A stretch of 57,645 nucleotides of DNA, the filler included, from Squatina squatina (lineage: Eukaryota), in NCBI GenBank assembly GCA_031763465.1. It is 3 parts of 3 records of this genome, joined end to end, with 100 filler letters (N's around TTAATTAATTAA, not from the genome) between each part and the next. Parts side by side here need not be neighbours in the genome. Positions count along the whole stretch, not along the records: positions 13,366 to 42,184 come from JARFOE010000203.1; 2 more parts are not named here. One strand, given 5' to 3'. The notes beneath the pieces were generated by a model. It saw nothing but the letters and a program-made list of their open reading frames with translations, did no database searches and had not been told where the DNA came from. The translations under genes were made by a program, and so were the position numbers. Below are positions 25,719 through 36,950 of the stretch, in pieces (within the stretch, counting starts at the first letter, position 1; each line of letters opens with the position of its first letter).

Positions 25719-25961
25719 CAGCGTGCAGTACATCTCGGGGGTCTCTCCACACGTACTGTCGGAGGGATCCAACCTGACCTTCAGGAACCTGGTGAGCAGG
25801 GCGGCCTCGGGCTGGCAGGCCATGTAATCCCAACTCATCCCCTGGTCCCAGTGAACCTGAGCCTTACACAGGTCGTAGTGACCCCAGGACGGGAAGTGCT
25901 GCGCGGCGAGAGACAGGGCCGCCCAAAGGGCCTGAAGGGACAACAAACCGGACAGACGCAT
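25719..25961 (-). CDS. Netrin-G family first coding exon (signal peptide plus start of laminin N-terminal domain); NTNG1-like but divergent
   Basis: ATG at 25961, CTG|gtgagt donor; MRLSGLLSLQALWAALSLAAQHFPSWGHYDLCKAQVHWDQGMSWDYMACQPEAALLTRFLKVRLDPSDSTCGETPEMYCTL. WGHYDLCK and WDYMACQPE are NTNG1 motifs. A candidate acceptor at 26481 would give a long 5' UTR in the same exon. Confidence 0.88.
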
Positions 25962-26130
25962 CGCTCCGACTGGACCCCGCTCAGAGAGGGACGATCTCGC
26001 TCCGTCTGGGGGTGATTCAGGGGGTCTCCACTCTGACTGGACCCTGCTCAGAGAGGGGCGATCTCGCTCCGTCTGGAGGTGATTCAGGGGGTCTCCGCTC
26101 TGACTGGACCCCGCTCAGAGAGGGACGATC
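25961..26130. repeat. 67-bp tandem repeat abutting the netrin-G start codon
   Basis: Full units start at 25997 and 26064, plus a shortened unit at 25961-25996. Confidence 0.9.
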
Positions 26131-26152
26131 TCATTGCTTGTAGATGTACTAG

Positions 26153-26372
26153 GTCTGGGGATTCCAGCTGTTTTCCCAGTGTTGCTGCAGATGTTCCAGA
26201 TGTTGGGATTCCAGCTGTTTTCCCAGCGTTGGTGCAGATATTCCAGATGTTGGGATTTCAGCTGCTTTCCCAGTATTGGTGCAGATTTTCCAGGTGTGGG
26301 GATTCCAGCTGTTTTCCCAGTGTTGGCGCAGATGTTCCAGGTGTGGGGATTTCAGCTGTTTCCCCCAGCTGT
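26153..26372. repeat. 47-bp tandem repeat (4-5 copies)
   Basis: Unit ~ggattccagctgttttcccagtgttggtgcagatgttccagatgttg. Confidence 0.9.
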
Positions 26373-26823
26373 TTGCTGTGTCAGACAGATGTTCTAATTA
26401 GATGATCAGTCGGTCCTGATGAATGTCTCCTGACCAGAGTCTGTTTCCCATCGATCATCTCTTCCTTCTGACATCAGTTCCCTGTTTGGAGAGAAATAAA
26501 ATCAATGAACTTCGGCACAGATGCTGCTCCTGAACTTCGACCTTCGACCCCACCCTCAGACTCCGCCTCCCATTGGTTGCAGTGTTTCCCAGGAACAATC
26601 ACCAGTTGGTAATCACAGCAGCCAATAGGAGGCGGCAAAATGACTCTCACTAAGATCCCAACTGAGACGAATGGCCAATTATCCGACTTTAGTGATGTTG
26701 GTTGAGGGATAAATATTGGCCAGTAGCTGGGAGAACTTCCCCACTCTTCTTCAAAATAGAACCGTGGGATTTTTTACAACCATGTGAGAGGGCAGGAGGC
26801 ACCTCGGTTTAAAGTCTCATCCA

Positions 26824-26955
26824 CCAGTGAGGCGCTCCCTCAATACTGATCCTCCGACAGTGCAGCACTCCCTCAATACTGATCCTCCGCCAGTGCAGCG
26901 CTCCCTCAATACTGCCCCTCCGCCAGTGCAGCGCTCCCTCAATACTGCCCCTCCG
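26824..26955. repeat. 33-bp tandem repeat expanded from a SINE body
   Basis: Unit cagtgcagcgctccctcaatactgcccctccgc, contiguous with the minus-strand SINE at ~26690-26830. Confidence 0.8.
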
Positions 26956-28353
26956 NNNNNNNNNNNNNNNNNNNNNNNNNNNNNNNNNNNNNNNNNNNNN
27001 NNNNNNNNNNNNNNNNNNNNNNNNNNNNNNNNNNNNNNNNNNNNNNNNNNNNNNNAGTGGGGAGAATGTGGAACTCGCTCCCACAGGGAGTGGGGAGAAT
27101 GTGGAACTCGCTCCCACAGGGAGTGGTTGAGGTGAATAGCAGAGATGGATTTAAGGGGAAGCTGGATAAACACATGAGGGAGAAAGGAGTAGAAGGATAT
27201 GGTGATAGGGTGAGATGAAGAGGGGTGGGAGGAGGCTCGAGTGGACCATAAACACCGGCACGGCCCAGTGGGGCCGAATGGCCTGTTTCTGTGCTGTACA
27301 TTCTCCGTATATTTCACTGACTCCAACACACGACTCATTCCCTAAGGTCCTTCCGATCAGCGGCGGAGTGACGATTGGAAGTGGATTTATTCACAAAGCA
27401 GACTGGAGAATGTGATCAGTTCACACAAACAGCGACTGAACATGGAAATATATTCACAGGGGAATGTGGAATAATCGTCAGCTGGGGACAGAGAGATTGC
27501 ACCAAGTGTGTTCATTACAAACTCCAGACACGCTCAACAGCCCGTAATCAGTGCTCAGCCCGGTAACATTATCCTGTCAGTGTTATTACTTTATTACACG
27601 GTTCATTTTAATGGATAATAACAGTGTTTGAAACTGGGCTCCCTGACTCGCTCAGTAAGGGGATTCAGAGCCGCAGTGACTGGGCCAATAGGAGGCTCGT
27701 GTCCCTGATCTCAGTTCACCCGTAGTCCAGGCCTGAAGGCTGGGGAAGGCCCATCATTTCCTGCTCCGTTTTCTGTCCAGAATCTTTGTGTTAAATCGAT
27801 GGGCCTCAATCACAGGCTTTGGGCCTGTGTAAAACAACAATTGACCCTCAGTTGAAGCTGGTTGGAGCGAGCTGGAGACCAGGCCCACAGATAAAGGCGG
27901 CCACACTGAGATTTCATTCACTGAAATGTCGAGAACATTGAGAAATATGAAATTACACTTATTTTCTGTGAGAAAGTAAGATCTCGGATTTCCTTTTAAT
28001 GGTCGGATTGAGTCACTCGCGGAAAGGAGAATCTTTTATTTAAGATTCTCCGTATCATCAACATCGACTTTTATCTCCTTTGTGGCCAGTGGATGCACAG
28101 GTTGGTAAAAAGTCTCGTAATAGAATTGTACTGGAATAGAATCATAGAATGATCCAGCACAGAAGGAGGCCATTCACCTTCAATCTGTGTCCTCTGGTTC
28201 CCGACCCTCCTGCCACTGGAAACACTTTCTCCTCATTTACTCGATCAAACCCCNNNNNNNNNNNNNNNNNNNNNNNNNNNNNNNNNNNNNNNNNNNNNNN
28301 NNNNNNNNNNNNNNNNNNNNNNNNNNNNNNNNNNNNNNNNNNNNNNNNNNNNN

Positions 28354-28960
28354 TGTCCCATATCTCCAGTGAGGAATATCTCCAATTGTGTCTCTGAACC
28401 CTGTCCAATATCTCCCGTATGGAATATGCCCAATTGTGTCTCTGAACCCTGTCCAATATCTCCAGTGGGGAATATGTCCAATTGTGTCTCTGAATCCTGT
28501 CCGATATCTCCAGTGGGGAATATGTCTAATAGTGTCTCTGAAACCTTTCCAATATCTCCAGTGGAAAATATATCCAATTGTTTCTCTGAATCTCCAGTGG
28601 GGAATATGTCCAATTGTGTCTCTGAACCCTGTCAATTTTCTCCAGTGGAGAAGATGTCCAATTCTCTCTGAACCCTGTCCAATATCTCCAGTGGGGAATA
28701 TGTCCAATTGTGTCTCTGAACCCTGTCCATTATCTCCAGTTGAGAAAATGTCCAATTGTGTCTCTGAACCCTGTCCAATGTCTCCAGTGGAGATCATGTC
28801 CAATTCTGTCTGGACCCTGTCCAATATCTCCAGTGGAAAATATGTCCAATTGTGTCTCTGAATCTCCAGTGGGGAATATGTCCAATTGTGTCTCTGAACC
28901 CTCTCAATTGTCTCCAGTGGAGAATATGGTCAATTCTCTCTGAACCCTGTCCAATATCTC
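28354..28960. repeat. 48-bp minisatellite
   Basis: Unit tgtccaatatctccagtggggaatatgtccaattgtgtctctgaaccc; produces 16-aa-periodic ORFs. Confidence 0.95.
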
Positions 28961-29060
28961 NNNNNNNNNNNNNNNNNNNNNNNNNNNNNNNNNNNNNNNN
29001 NNNNNNNNNNNNNNNNNNNNNNNNNNNNNNNNNNNNNNNNNNNNNNNNNNNNNNNNNNNN

Positions 29061-30269
29061 TGTCTCATGTCAGCTCCTGTAAGGCCCATGAATGTCTCAG
29101 TGTCAGTCCCTGTACATCCTGTGTGTCTCAGTGTCAGCTCCCGTACAGCCCTGTGTGTCTCAGTGTCAGCTCCCGTACAGCCCTGTGTGTCTCAGTGTTA
29201 GTCCCTTTACGGCGTATGTGTGTCTCAGTGCCAGTCCCTGTACAGCCCGTGTGTGACTCAGTGTCAGTCCCTGTAGATCCCGGGTGTGTGTTTCAGTGTC
29301 AGCTCCTGTTTGGCCCGTATGTTTCTCTGTTTCAGTCCCCGTTTATCCCGTGTGTGGCTCAGTGTCAGTCCCTCTACGGCCCGTGTGTTTCTCAGTTTCG
29401 GCACCAGTACATCACGTGCGTGTCTCAGTATCAGACACTGTACGGCCCGTGTGTAACACAGTGTCAGCTACTGTACATCACGTGTGTCTCAGTGTCAGCT
29501 CCTGTACGGCTCTTCTCTGTCTCAGTGCCAGTCGCTGTACAGCCCGTGTGTGTCTCAGTGTCAGTCCCTGTAGATCCCTGGTATGTGTCTCAGTGTCAGC
29601 TCCTGTAAGGCCCATGAATGTCTCAGTGTCAGTCCCTGTACATCCTGTGTGTGTCTCAGTGTCAGTCCCTGTACATCCTTGGTGTGTCTCAGTGTCAGCT
29701 CCTGTAGGGCCCATGTGCGTCTCAGTGTCAGTCCCTGTACACCCCATGTTTGTCTCAGTGTCAGCTCCTGTAAGAACCTTCTGGTTCACAGTGCCAGTCC
29801 CTGTATAGTCCGTGTGTGTCTCAGTATCGGCTCCTGTCCACTCCGTGTGTGTCTCAGTGTCAGGTCCTGTGCAGCCCGTGTGTGTCTCAGGGTCAGTTCC
29901 TGTGCAGCCCGTGTGTGTCTCAGTGACAGCTCCTGTACAGCCCTGTGTGTGTCTCCGTGCCAGTCCCTGTACACACCGTGTGTGTCTCAGTTTCAGCTCC
30001 TCTACGCCCCGTGTGTGTGTCAGTGTCAGGCACTTAACTGCCCGTGTGTGTCTCAGTGTCAGACCCTGCACACCCTGTGTGTGACTCAGTGTCAATCCCT
30101 GTACATCCCGTGTGTGTCTCAGTGTCAGCTCCTGTAAGGTCCATGTCTGTCTCAGTGTCAATCCCTGTACATCCCGTGTGTGTCTCAGTGTCAGGTCCTG
30201 TGCAGCCCTGTATGTCTCAGTGTCAGGTCCTGTGCAGCCCTGTATGTCTCAGTGTCAGTCCCCGTAGAC
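29061..30269. repeat. ~33-35-bp minisatellite
   Basis: Unit ~tgtgtgtctcagtgtcagtccctgtacagcccg with variable TG number. Confidence 0.93.
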
Positions 30270-30369
30270 NNNNNNNNNNNNNNNNNNNNNNNNNNNNNNN
30301 NNNNNNNNNNNNNNNNNNNNNNNNNNNNNNNNNNNNNNNNNNNNNNNNNNNNNNNNNNNNNNNNNNNNN

Positions 30370-30480
30370 CATCCCCAGGGTCCAGGGTCTCATTGACTGT
30401 ACACACATAGCACTCCTTGTACCTTTGCTTCATCTTCAGGTCTTCCGTAATTGAAAGGGCTTCCACTCCTTGAATGTCTT
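30370..30480 (+). mobile_element. PIF/Harbinger transposase relic
   Basis: PRVQGLIDCTHIAL...FRN*KGFHSLNV matches the Harbinger DDE motif GxIDCTH...NRKGFHSLNVQ, with TGA in place of the Arg codon. Confidence 0.8.
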
Positions 30481-31145
30481 TGCACCAGGAAATGGTGCAA
30501 ATGGAGTGTAGCTCCATACAGAGTGTGGGAATTTGGTAAGAGAGGGAATTGTAAGCCTTACGTTTTAAGGGTAAATCTCTCTTGAAAGGGTTAATCTTTC
30601 TGTACATCTAGTTTAGTTTCTTTTTTTTTTGTAAAACATAAAACAATTAACAAATTAAACTAAAAACCAAAACTGAACAAAAACCCTGGTGTTTAAATTA
30701 AAACCCTAGTATCCCCAGTGAGGATGCAGTCCAGTCCCTAAATGCAGTTAAGTCAACCACTGCTGTGGGTCTGGAGTCACATAGGCCAAACCAAGTAAGG
30801 ATGGCAGATTTCCTTCTCTGAATGACATTAGTGAACCAGTTGGGTATTTTACAACAATTTGGTCGTTTCAGGATCATCGTTACTGATGCTAGCTTTTATT
30901 TCATTGTTTGTTTGTATTTATTTATTTTGAATTTAAATTCCCCAGCTGCCCTGGTGGGATTTGAACTAGTGTCTCTCAATCATTTTGTCCGGGCCTCTGG
31001 GTTAACCCAGTCCCACTTAAAGTGGAATGCGCTCCACTCCAGGAAAAGAACAATTGACTCATCTCCTCACCCCCCCAAACACCGGCACAGTCCTAGGTCA
31101 CTCACCAAGTTCGAACTCCAGTAAACCATGGGCTTTGTTCCGCAG

Positions 31146-31690
31146 GTCCGCTCGCCCTGTCTCTGGACCCCGAAACAGCAAACCCTTGGCTGCAGCTGTC
31201 TGAGGACCTGACCAGTGTACAGGTCATCGATACCAAGCAGCTGCTTCCCGACAACCTGGCGAGGTTTGATGTGTGTGTCTCTGTCCTGGCCACTGAGGGC
31301 TTCACAGCAGGGATGCACTACTGGGAGGTGGAGGTGAGCGACAAGTCCAAATGGGATGTGGGTGTAGCCAGAGAGTCCATTAACAGGAAGGGCGATATCT
31401 CTCTGAAGCCTGAGAATGGATACCTGGCACTATCTCTGAGCAACGGAAACCAGTACTGTGCTCTAACCTCACCCACAGTCACCACGCTGTCTCTGAGGGT
31501 GAAGCCCAGCCGGATTGGAGTTTACCTGGACTACGAGGGAGGTCAAGTGTCCTTTTACGTGGCTGATGACTTGTCTCATATCTACACTTTCACAGAGACA
31601 TTTGTCGAGAGAATGTTCCCTTTCTTTTGCCCCTGTTTGAATGACACTGGGGACAATGGCTCTCCTCTCTCGATCGGTTTGTTTAGTTGA
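31146..31690 (+). CDS. B30.2 (PRY-SPRY) terminal exon, TRIM/butyrophilin-type gene
   Basis: cgcag|GT, phase 1; [18 protein letters not shown]...RFD...GF..G.HYWEVEV...WDVGVARES...[15 protein letters not shown]...FCPC; stop at 31688-31690. Confidence 0.92.
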
Positions 31691-32626
31691 GTGTCTTTGA
31701 AGACCTGGTCAGCTCTAGTTGCTCCTGGGTAAGTTGGTGTATTAAAAATGCTTTACCAGAAATGTATAATTGTGGGTGTGCAAGGGGGAGGGATGAATTG
31801 TCTTTCCNNNNNNNNNNNNNNNNNNNNNNNNNNNNNNNNNNNNNNNNNNNNNNNNNNNNNNNNNNNNNNNNNNNNNNNNNNNNNNNNNNNNNNNNNNNNN
31901 NNNNNNNTTGTGTTAACTTTCTGTGTTTCGTGTACAAGGACAACCAAATCCCTCTGAACACCAACATTTAATAGTTTCTCACCATTTAAAAATATCCTGG
32001 GCTAGAGATTCACTATAGCCCAGGAATGGGCTGTGAAATTAGATCAGCTGGAGAATTAGCGGCAGGCGTTAATGCTTTAGACTGCATGCAAAATTCGTTC
32101 TCGCTGCTCAAAGAAATGATTGGAGCGCTAAATTAAGTCTTAAAGCCCTCGCTCATTGGCGTTACACTTAAAGGGTGGACCCATATTGGGTGAATTCTAA
32201 TCACAACACATGATTGCCATAGGCTTTTCCCAGTACTTGAAGGGGAGGTTCATTGATACTGCAGCACCTCAGTCTCAACATTGCTGGCTGTGCAGCTGCC
32301 TCAGTAAAAATAAGCACAGCAAGGAAAAGGAACTGGAAGACTGAAGCAGGTGTGCTCATGGCAGATCCATCTCAGTCGGGTGGTCAGGGTGATTGAATAA
32401 TCCAACAAATGCTACATACCACCATCTGTGCTCACATGCTGCCCAAAGCACCACATTCCAGCACTCAACCACCAACAATCTCTACCTACCAACATTCACA
32501 CCCACATCTCACGCCTTGAACATAATNNNNNNNNNNNNNNNNNNNNNNNNNNNNNNNNNNNNNNNNNNNNNNNNNNNNNNNNNNNNNNNNNNNNNNNNNN
32601 NNNNNNNNNNNNNNNNNNNNNNNNNN

Positions 32627-32942
32627 AGGGGGTGTGACACAGTAAATGTACACAGGAGTGTGTGTTAAAGGAGAGGGGTGTGTCACAGTGAATGTACACA
32701 GGAGTGTGTGTTAAAGGAGAGGGGTGTGTCACAGTGAATGTACACTGGAATGTGTGTTAAAGGAGAGGGGTGTGTCACAGTGAATGTACACTGGAGTGTG
32801 TGTTAATGGCGAGGGGGTGTGACACAGTGAATGTATACTGGAATGTGTGTTAAAGGAGAGGGGTGTGTCACAGTGAATGTATACTGGAGTGTGTTAAGGG
32901 TGAGGGATGCATCACAGTGAATGTATGCTGCCCTGTGTTAAA
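32627..32942. repeat. 46-bp tandem repeat in a FLOT1 intron
   Basis: Unit ttaaaggagaggggtgtgtcacagtgaatgtacacaggagtgtgtg. Confidence 0.92.
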
Positions 32943-32989
32943 GGCAAAAGGCAATCGGCAATCGCACAGAGTCCTCTGCTGCAGCCTAC

Positions 32990-33109
32990 CTGGTCATCGT
33001 GGATGTCCTTCAGGGTGTAACTGACCACTCCGATGCCCATGTTGACCAGGTCAGAGGACGCCACTTTAAACACCTGCTCCGAGAACTTCTTCCGGTCTTT
33101 GTAGATCTC
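32990..33109 (-). CDS. FLOT1: Flotillin-1 exon
   Basis: cccag|GAG...CAG|gtaggc, 120 nt; [40 protein letters not shown]. Confidence 0.95.
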
Positions 33110-33447
33110 CTGGGAAGAGAACGTAAGCGAGTGGAATCTGGCAAGCCCAACAACCAAGGGGCCCCCCTCCCAACCCCCGAGTCTGCCTCCCCAACACCCA
33201 ACACCCCCATCCCCCAACATCTATCACCTACAGAAAGACACCCTTCCCCTTCAAGTCCCATGAGCGTGGTTAGGTGGAGGCCGAGGGCAAGGCCTGGGCA
33301 CAGGCCAGTTTGCCCAATTTGTTGGCATTTGACATTTCTGCAAGAACGTTTTTTTTTTTAAGTAATCGATAATCCCAGGTGAACGGCCAAGGGGCAAAAG
33401 GTCAAGATTACACAAAAAGTAGGCGAGAAGACGGGGTTAGCTCCTAC

Positions 33448-33591
33448 CTCCACAGTCATGTGAGCCATGATGGCCCTCTGGTGACCTTCCAGCGTCTCCA
33501 GGGCGATCTGCGCTATTTCGACCTCCGACTTCCCCAGGAACATCTGGCAGGCAGCAGCCAGCATCTCCTTATTCTGCCCCTGTATCTTCAC
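33448..33591 (-). CDS. FLOT1: Flotillin-1 exon
   Basis: tacag|GTG...GAG|gtagga, 144 nt; [48 protein letters not shown]. Confidence 0.95.
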
Positions 33592-34969
33592 CTGTAAAAG
33601 GAAGAGGTCACTCAGGGGGAGGAGGCGCTCAATGGGACCCAACAGGGATGCGCTGCATTAATAAAAGACCGAAAGGAAATGTTCCCCACAGTGAAGTATG
33701 TAGGTGCAAACAGGAAGAGATGGGGCAAAAGGGTTAATCCTGATGGAGCAAGCTCACTCTACAGCATCCCAGTGCATCCACCATATAGTACCTCAAGGTA
33801 CTCTTACCCTTGTACAGAATTTTACTCAATGAAACCCTTTTCCATTCACTTCCGGGGAACAGATTCCAATAGATCAAAACCCTTCCCATTCGTTCCCACT
33901 GTACAGGTCGCAACAGATTGTACCAGCTTCCAATCGATCCCACTGTACGGATTCCAATTAGTGGAATTCCTTCCCAATTGCTTCCACAGTACAGATCCCC
34001 AATGGACCAAACCCTTCCCATTCATTCCCACTGTACAGATCCCAGCAGATTGTACCAGCTCCCAATCGATCTCACTATACATCCCAATGGATCAAATGCC
34101 TTCTCAAATGGAATCTGTACAGTGGGAATGATTGGGAAGGAATGTGATCCATTGAGACTTGTACAGTGGGATCAAATTCCTTCCTAATTGCCAATGGATC
34201 AAATCTCTCGCCATGCACTCATACTATGCAGAATTNNNNNNNNNNNNNNNNNNNNNNNNNNNNNNNNNNNNNNNNNNNNNNNNNNNNNNNNNNNNNNNNN
34301 NNNNNNNNNNNNNNNNNNNNNNNNNNNNNNNNNNNTTTATTACACCCGCATTTATTTCCATTTTATTTAAAGGGTTTCTCATTCACCGCCCCCCCCTCCC
34401 CCCCCCCCCCCCCCCCACTGATCCAGACTGCCACTTGACACCAGAACTCAAGTAATTTTATGAGCCGACCTGCCATGATGTTGCTCAGAGGGAGTCAAGA
34501 GGACAATTGCCTTGACGTCTGGAGTCGGGAATGCTGCTGGGCACTGGGGTGGGTCCCCAGATGCAGTTGTTACATTCCTGAACCTGAGTTGCTTTCCTGT
34601 AATGGCTGACGCTCGTGTTTCCTGATCACAGGGCCTTTTATTTTTCCATCCTCAGGCTGACAACTCGACAAAATACACATCGCGCCTTCCAGGACGGAGT
34701 TCAAATTACTTCCATTTGTCGCAGTTTGAATGGAAAAGTTTACAGAACTGAATTCAAAGGGTTGACTTTTAGAACACTGCCGGTCGGTTCAGGCAGTCAC
34801 TTATACCGCGCCATGAGTTAAGAGTGCGTGTACGGAAGTGGGCCGCGCTCTGGGCCTTGCGCTCAAGGCCTGGGTTGACCACTCAGCCTCCTAACCCAGG
34901 TTGCTACCAAACGAGCCAAGCTCGAATGTGTACATGCTAAATGCACATGCCAGAGCTTGCCCATGCATT

Positions 34970-35440
34970 GATAGCTTTGATCGAGGTGTTCAAAGTCATG
35001 AGGGGTCTGGACAGAGTAGATCGAGAGAAACTGTTCCCAATGGCAGAAGGGTCGAGAACCACAGGACACAGCAACAACAACAACAACTTGTATTTATATA
35101 GCACCTTTAATATAGTAAAACGTCCCAAGGTGCTTTACAGGAGTGTTACAAGACAAAAATTTGACATAGATTTAAGGTGATTGGCAGAAGAACCAAAGAT
35201 GATGTAAGAATTTTTTTTTTACATAGTGTGCAGTCAAGATCTGGAATGTACTGCCTGAAAGGGTGGTGGGGACAGATTTAATTTTATGTTTCAAAAGGGA
35301 ATTGGAGAAGTGTCTGAAGGGAAAGAAAATTGCAGGGTTATGGGGAAAGGACAAGGGAGTAGGAATAGCTGAAAGTCGGTATGGGCTCGACGGGCTGAAT
35401 GGCCTTCTTCCGTGCTGTACCTATTCTATGATTCTATAAT
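34970..35440 (+). mobile_element. CR1-type LINE 3' end interrupted by an inverted SINE tail
   Basis: LIEVFKVMRGLDRVDREKLFPMAEGSRTTGH is broken at ~35072-35165 by caacaacaacttgtatttatatagcacc...; the LINE resumes and ends in ttctatgattctat. Confidence 0.8.
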
Positions 35441-35869
35441 TCACATCTACTCTTTTAAACCATGGTGGTGTGCTGTATGATGGGAAGTGGAACTTCATCT
35501 GGGTTTTTCAAGATTATAAAAAGACAATCGAGAAACTGCACTGGGATTTGGTCTAAGAATGAAGAATATCTTAAACTGGCTCCTTGATCACAATAGACTT
35601 TTTGCTTTCTAGATAAATGCACTCTTGCCCATTACAGATAATCATTCAAAATATCGTGGGGCTTTCTGTGCAACTGGCAATGACCGAAGGAACAACCTTT
35701 AGAGGGGCAGTTCTGGGAGAAACTCTTGCTAGATCTCTGGGAAGTATTGTAGTCCTGTATGGGGACGATGTGTCAAAAGAATAAGAGCTACCATCCAAAC
35801 TGGTTTCCACCAGCTGGACGGCAACTTGAGCACACATGTACCATACTGCAGGTGAACTTGGGACAGCAA

Positions 35870-36200
35870 AGGGAGGTGAAGCTCAAGCTTCATATCGACA
35901 GATGCATAACAAGTGTAGACAGGGCTTTAAACTAAATAGTGGGGGTGGTGGGGAGAGTCCAGGAGGGGAAACTTAAAATGTCAAAGAGAACAGATATGGC
36001 AACAATGGGTATTATATGGGTAATGATAACCAGTGTGATAGGAAGGGACAGAGCATATGAACATAAAAAAAGCAACAGCAAACAGGGTCAAAGTGGGGAA
36101 AAATGGTAAAAAGACAAAATTAAGGGCTCTTTATCTGAATGCATGCAGCATTTGTAACAAAATAAAATGAATTGATGGCACAAATGGAAATAAATGGATA
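35870..36200 (+). mobile_element. CR1-type LINE ORF1/ORF2 junction, degenerate
   Basis: ctttatctgaatgcatgcagcatttgtaacaaa reads as a decayed LYLNARSIRNK endonuclease start. Confidence 0.7.
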
Positions 36201-36950
36201 NNNNNNNNNNNNNNNNNNNNNNNNNNNNNNNNNNNNNNNNNNNNNNNNNNNNNNNNNNNNNNNNNNNNNNNNNNNNNNNNNNNNNNNNNNNNNNNNNNNN
36301 TGTTATTTTAATTTGTAAAACAGCCATTTTTGAGCCGAGTAACTGTTAAGATTATAAAAGGCAAACTTCTCTAAAGGGATTCTTTTATTCACATGTTGCA
36401 TACTGAAGCACTTGTGGAGCTTTGGAAGAAACCTTCAGTGGAGGAAGTCTTATCCTGATACAGTATAGAGGAGAAATGGCAGACCTGCATAAGTTGTGCA
36501 GCACATCAATGAGGGAGAGGATAGGAGCACAGGAGCAGGAGTAGGCCATTCAGCCTGCTCCGCCATTCAATGAGATCATGGCTGATCTGCGATCTAACTT
36601 TATATACCTGCCTTTGGCCCATATTCTTGAATAACTTTGATTAACAAAAAGCTATCAATCTCCAATTTAAAATTAACAATTGATCCAGCATCAATTGCCA
36701 TTTGCAAAAGAGAGTTCTAAATTTCTACCAACCTTTGTGTTTAGAAGTGTTTCCTAATTCCACTCCTGAAAGGTCTTGCTCTAATTTTTAGACTGTGCCC
36801 CCTAATCCCAGAATCACCAACCAGCAGAAATAATTTCTCTCTATTTACCCNNNNNNNNNNNNNNNNNNNNNNNNNNNNNNNNNNNNNNNNNNNNNNNNNN
36901 NNNNNNNNNNNNNNNNNNNNNNNNNNNNNNNNNNNNNNNNNNNNNNNNNN

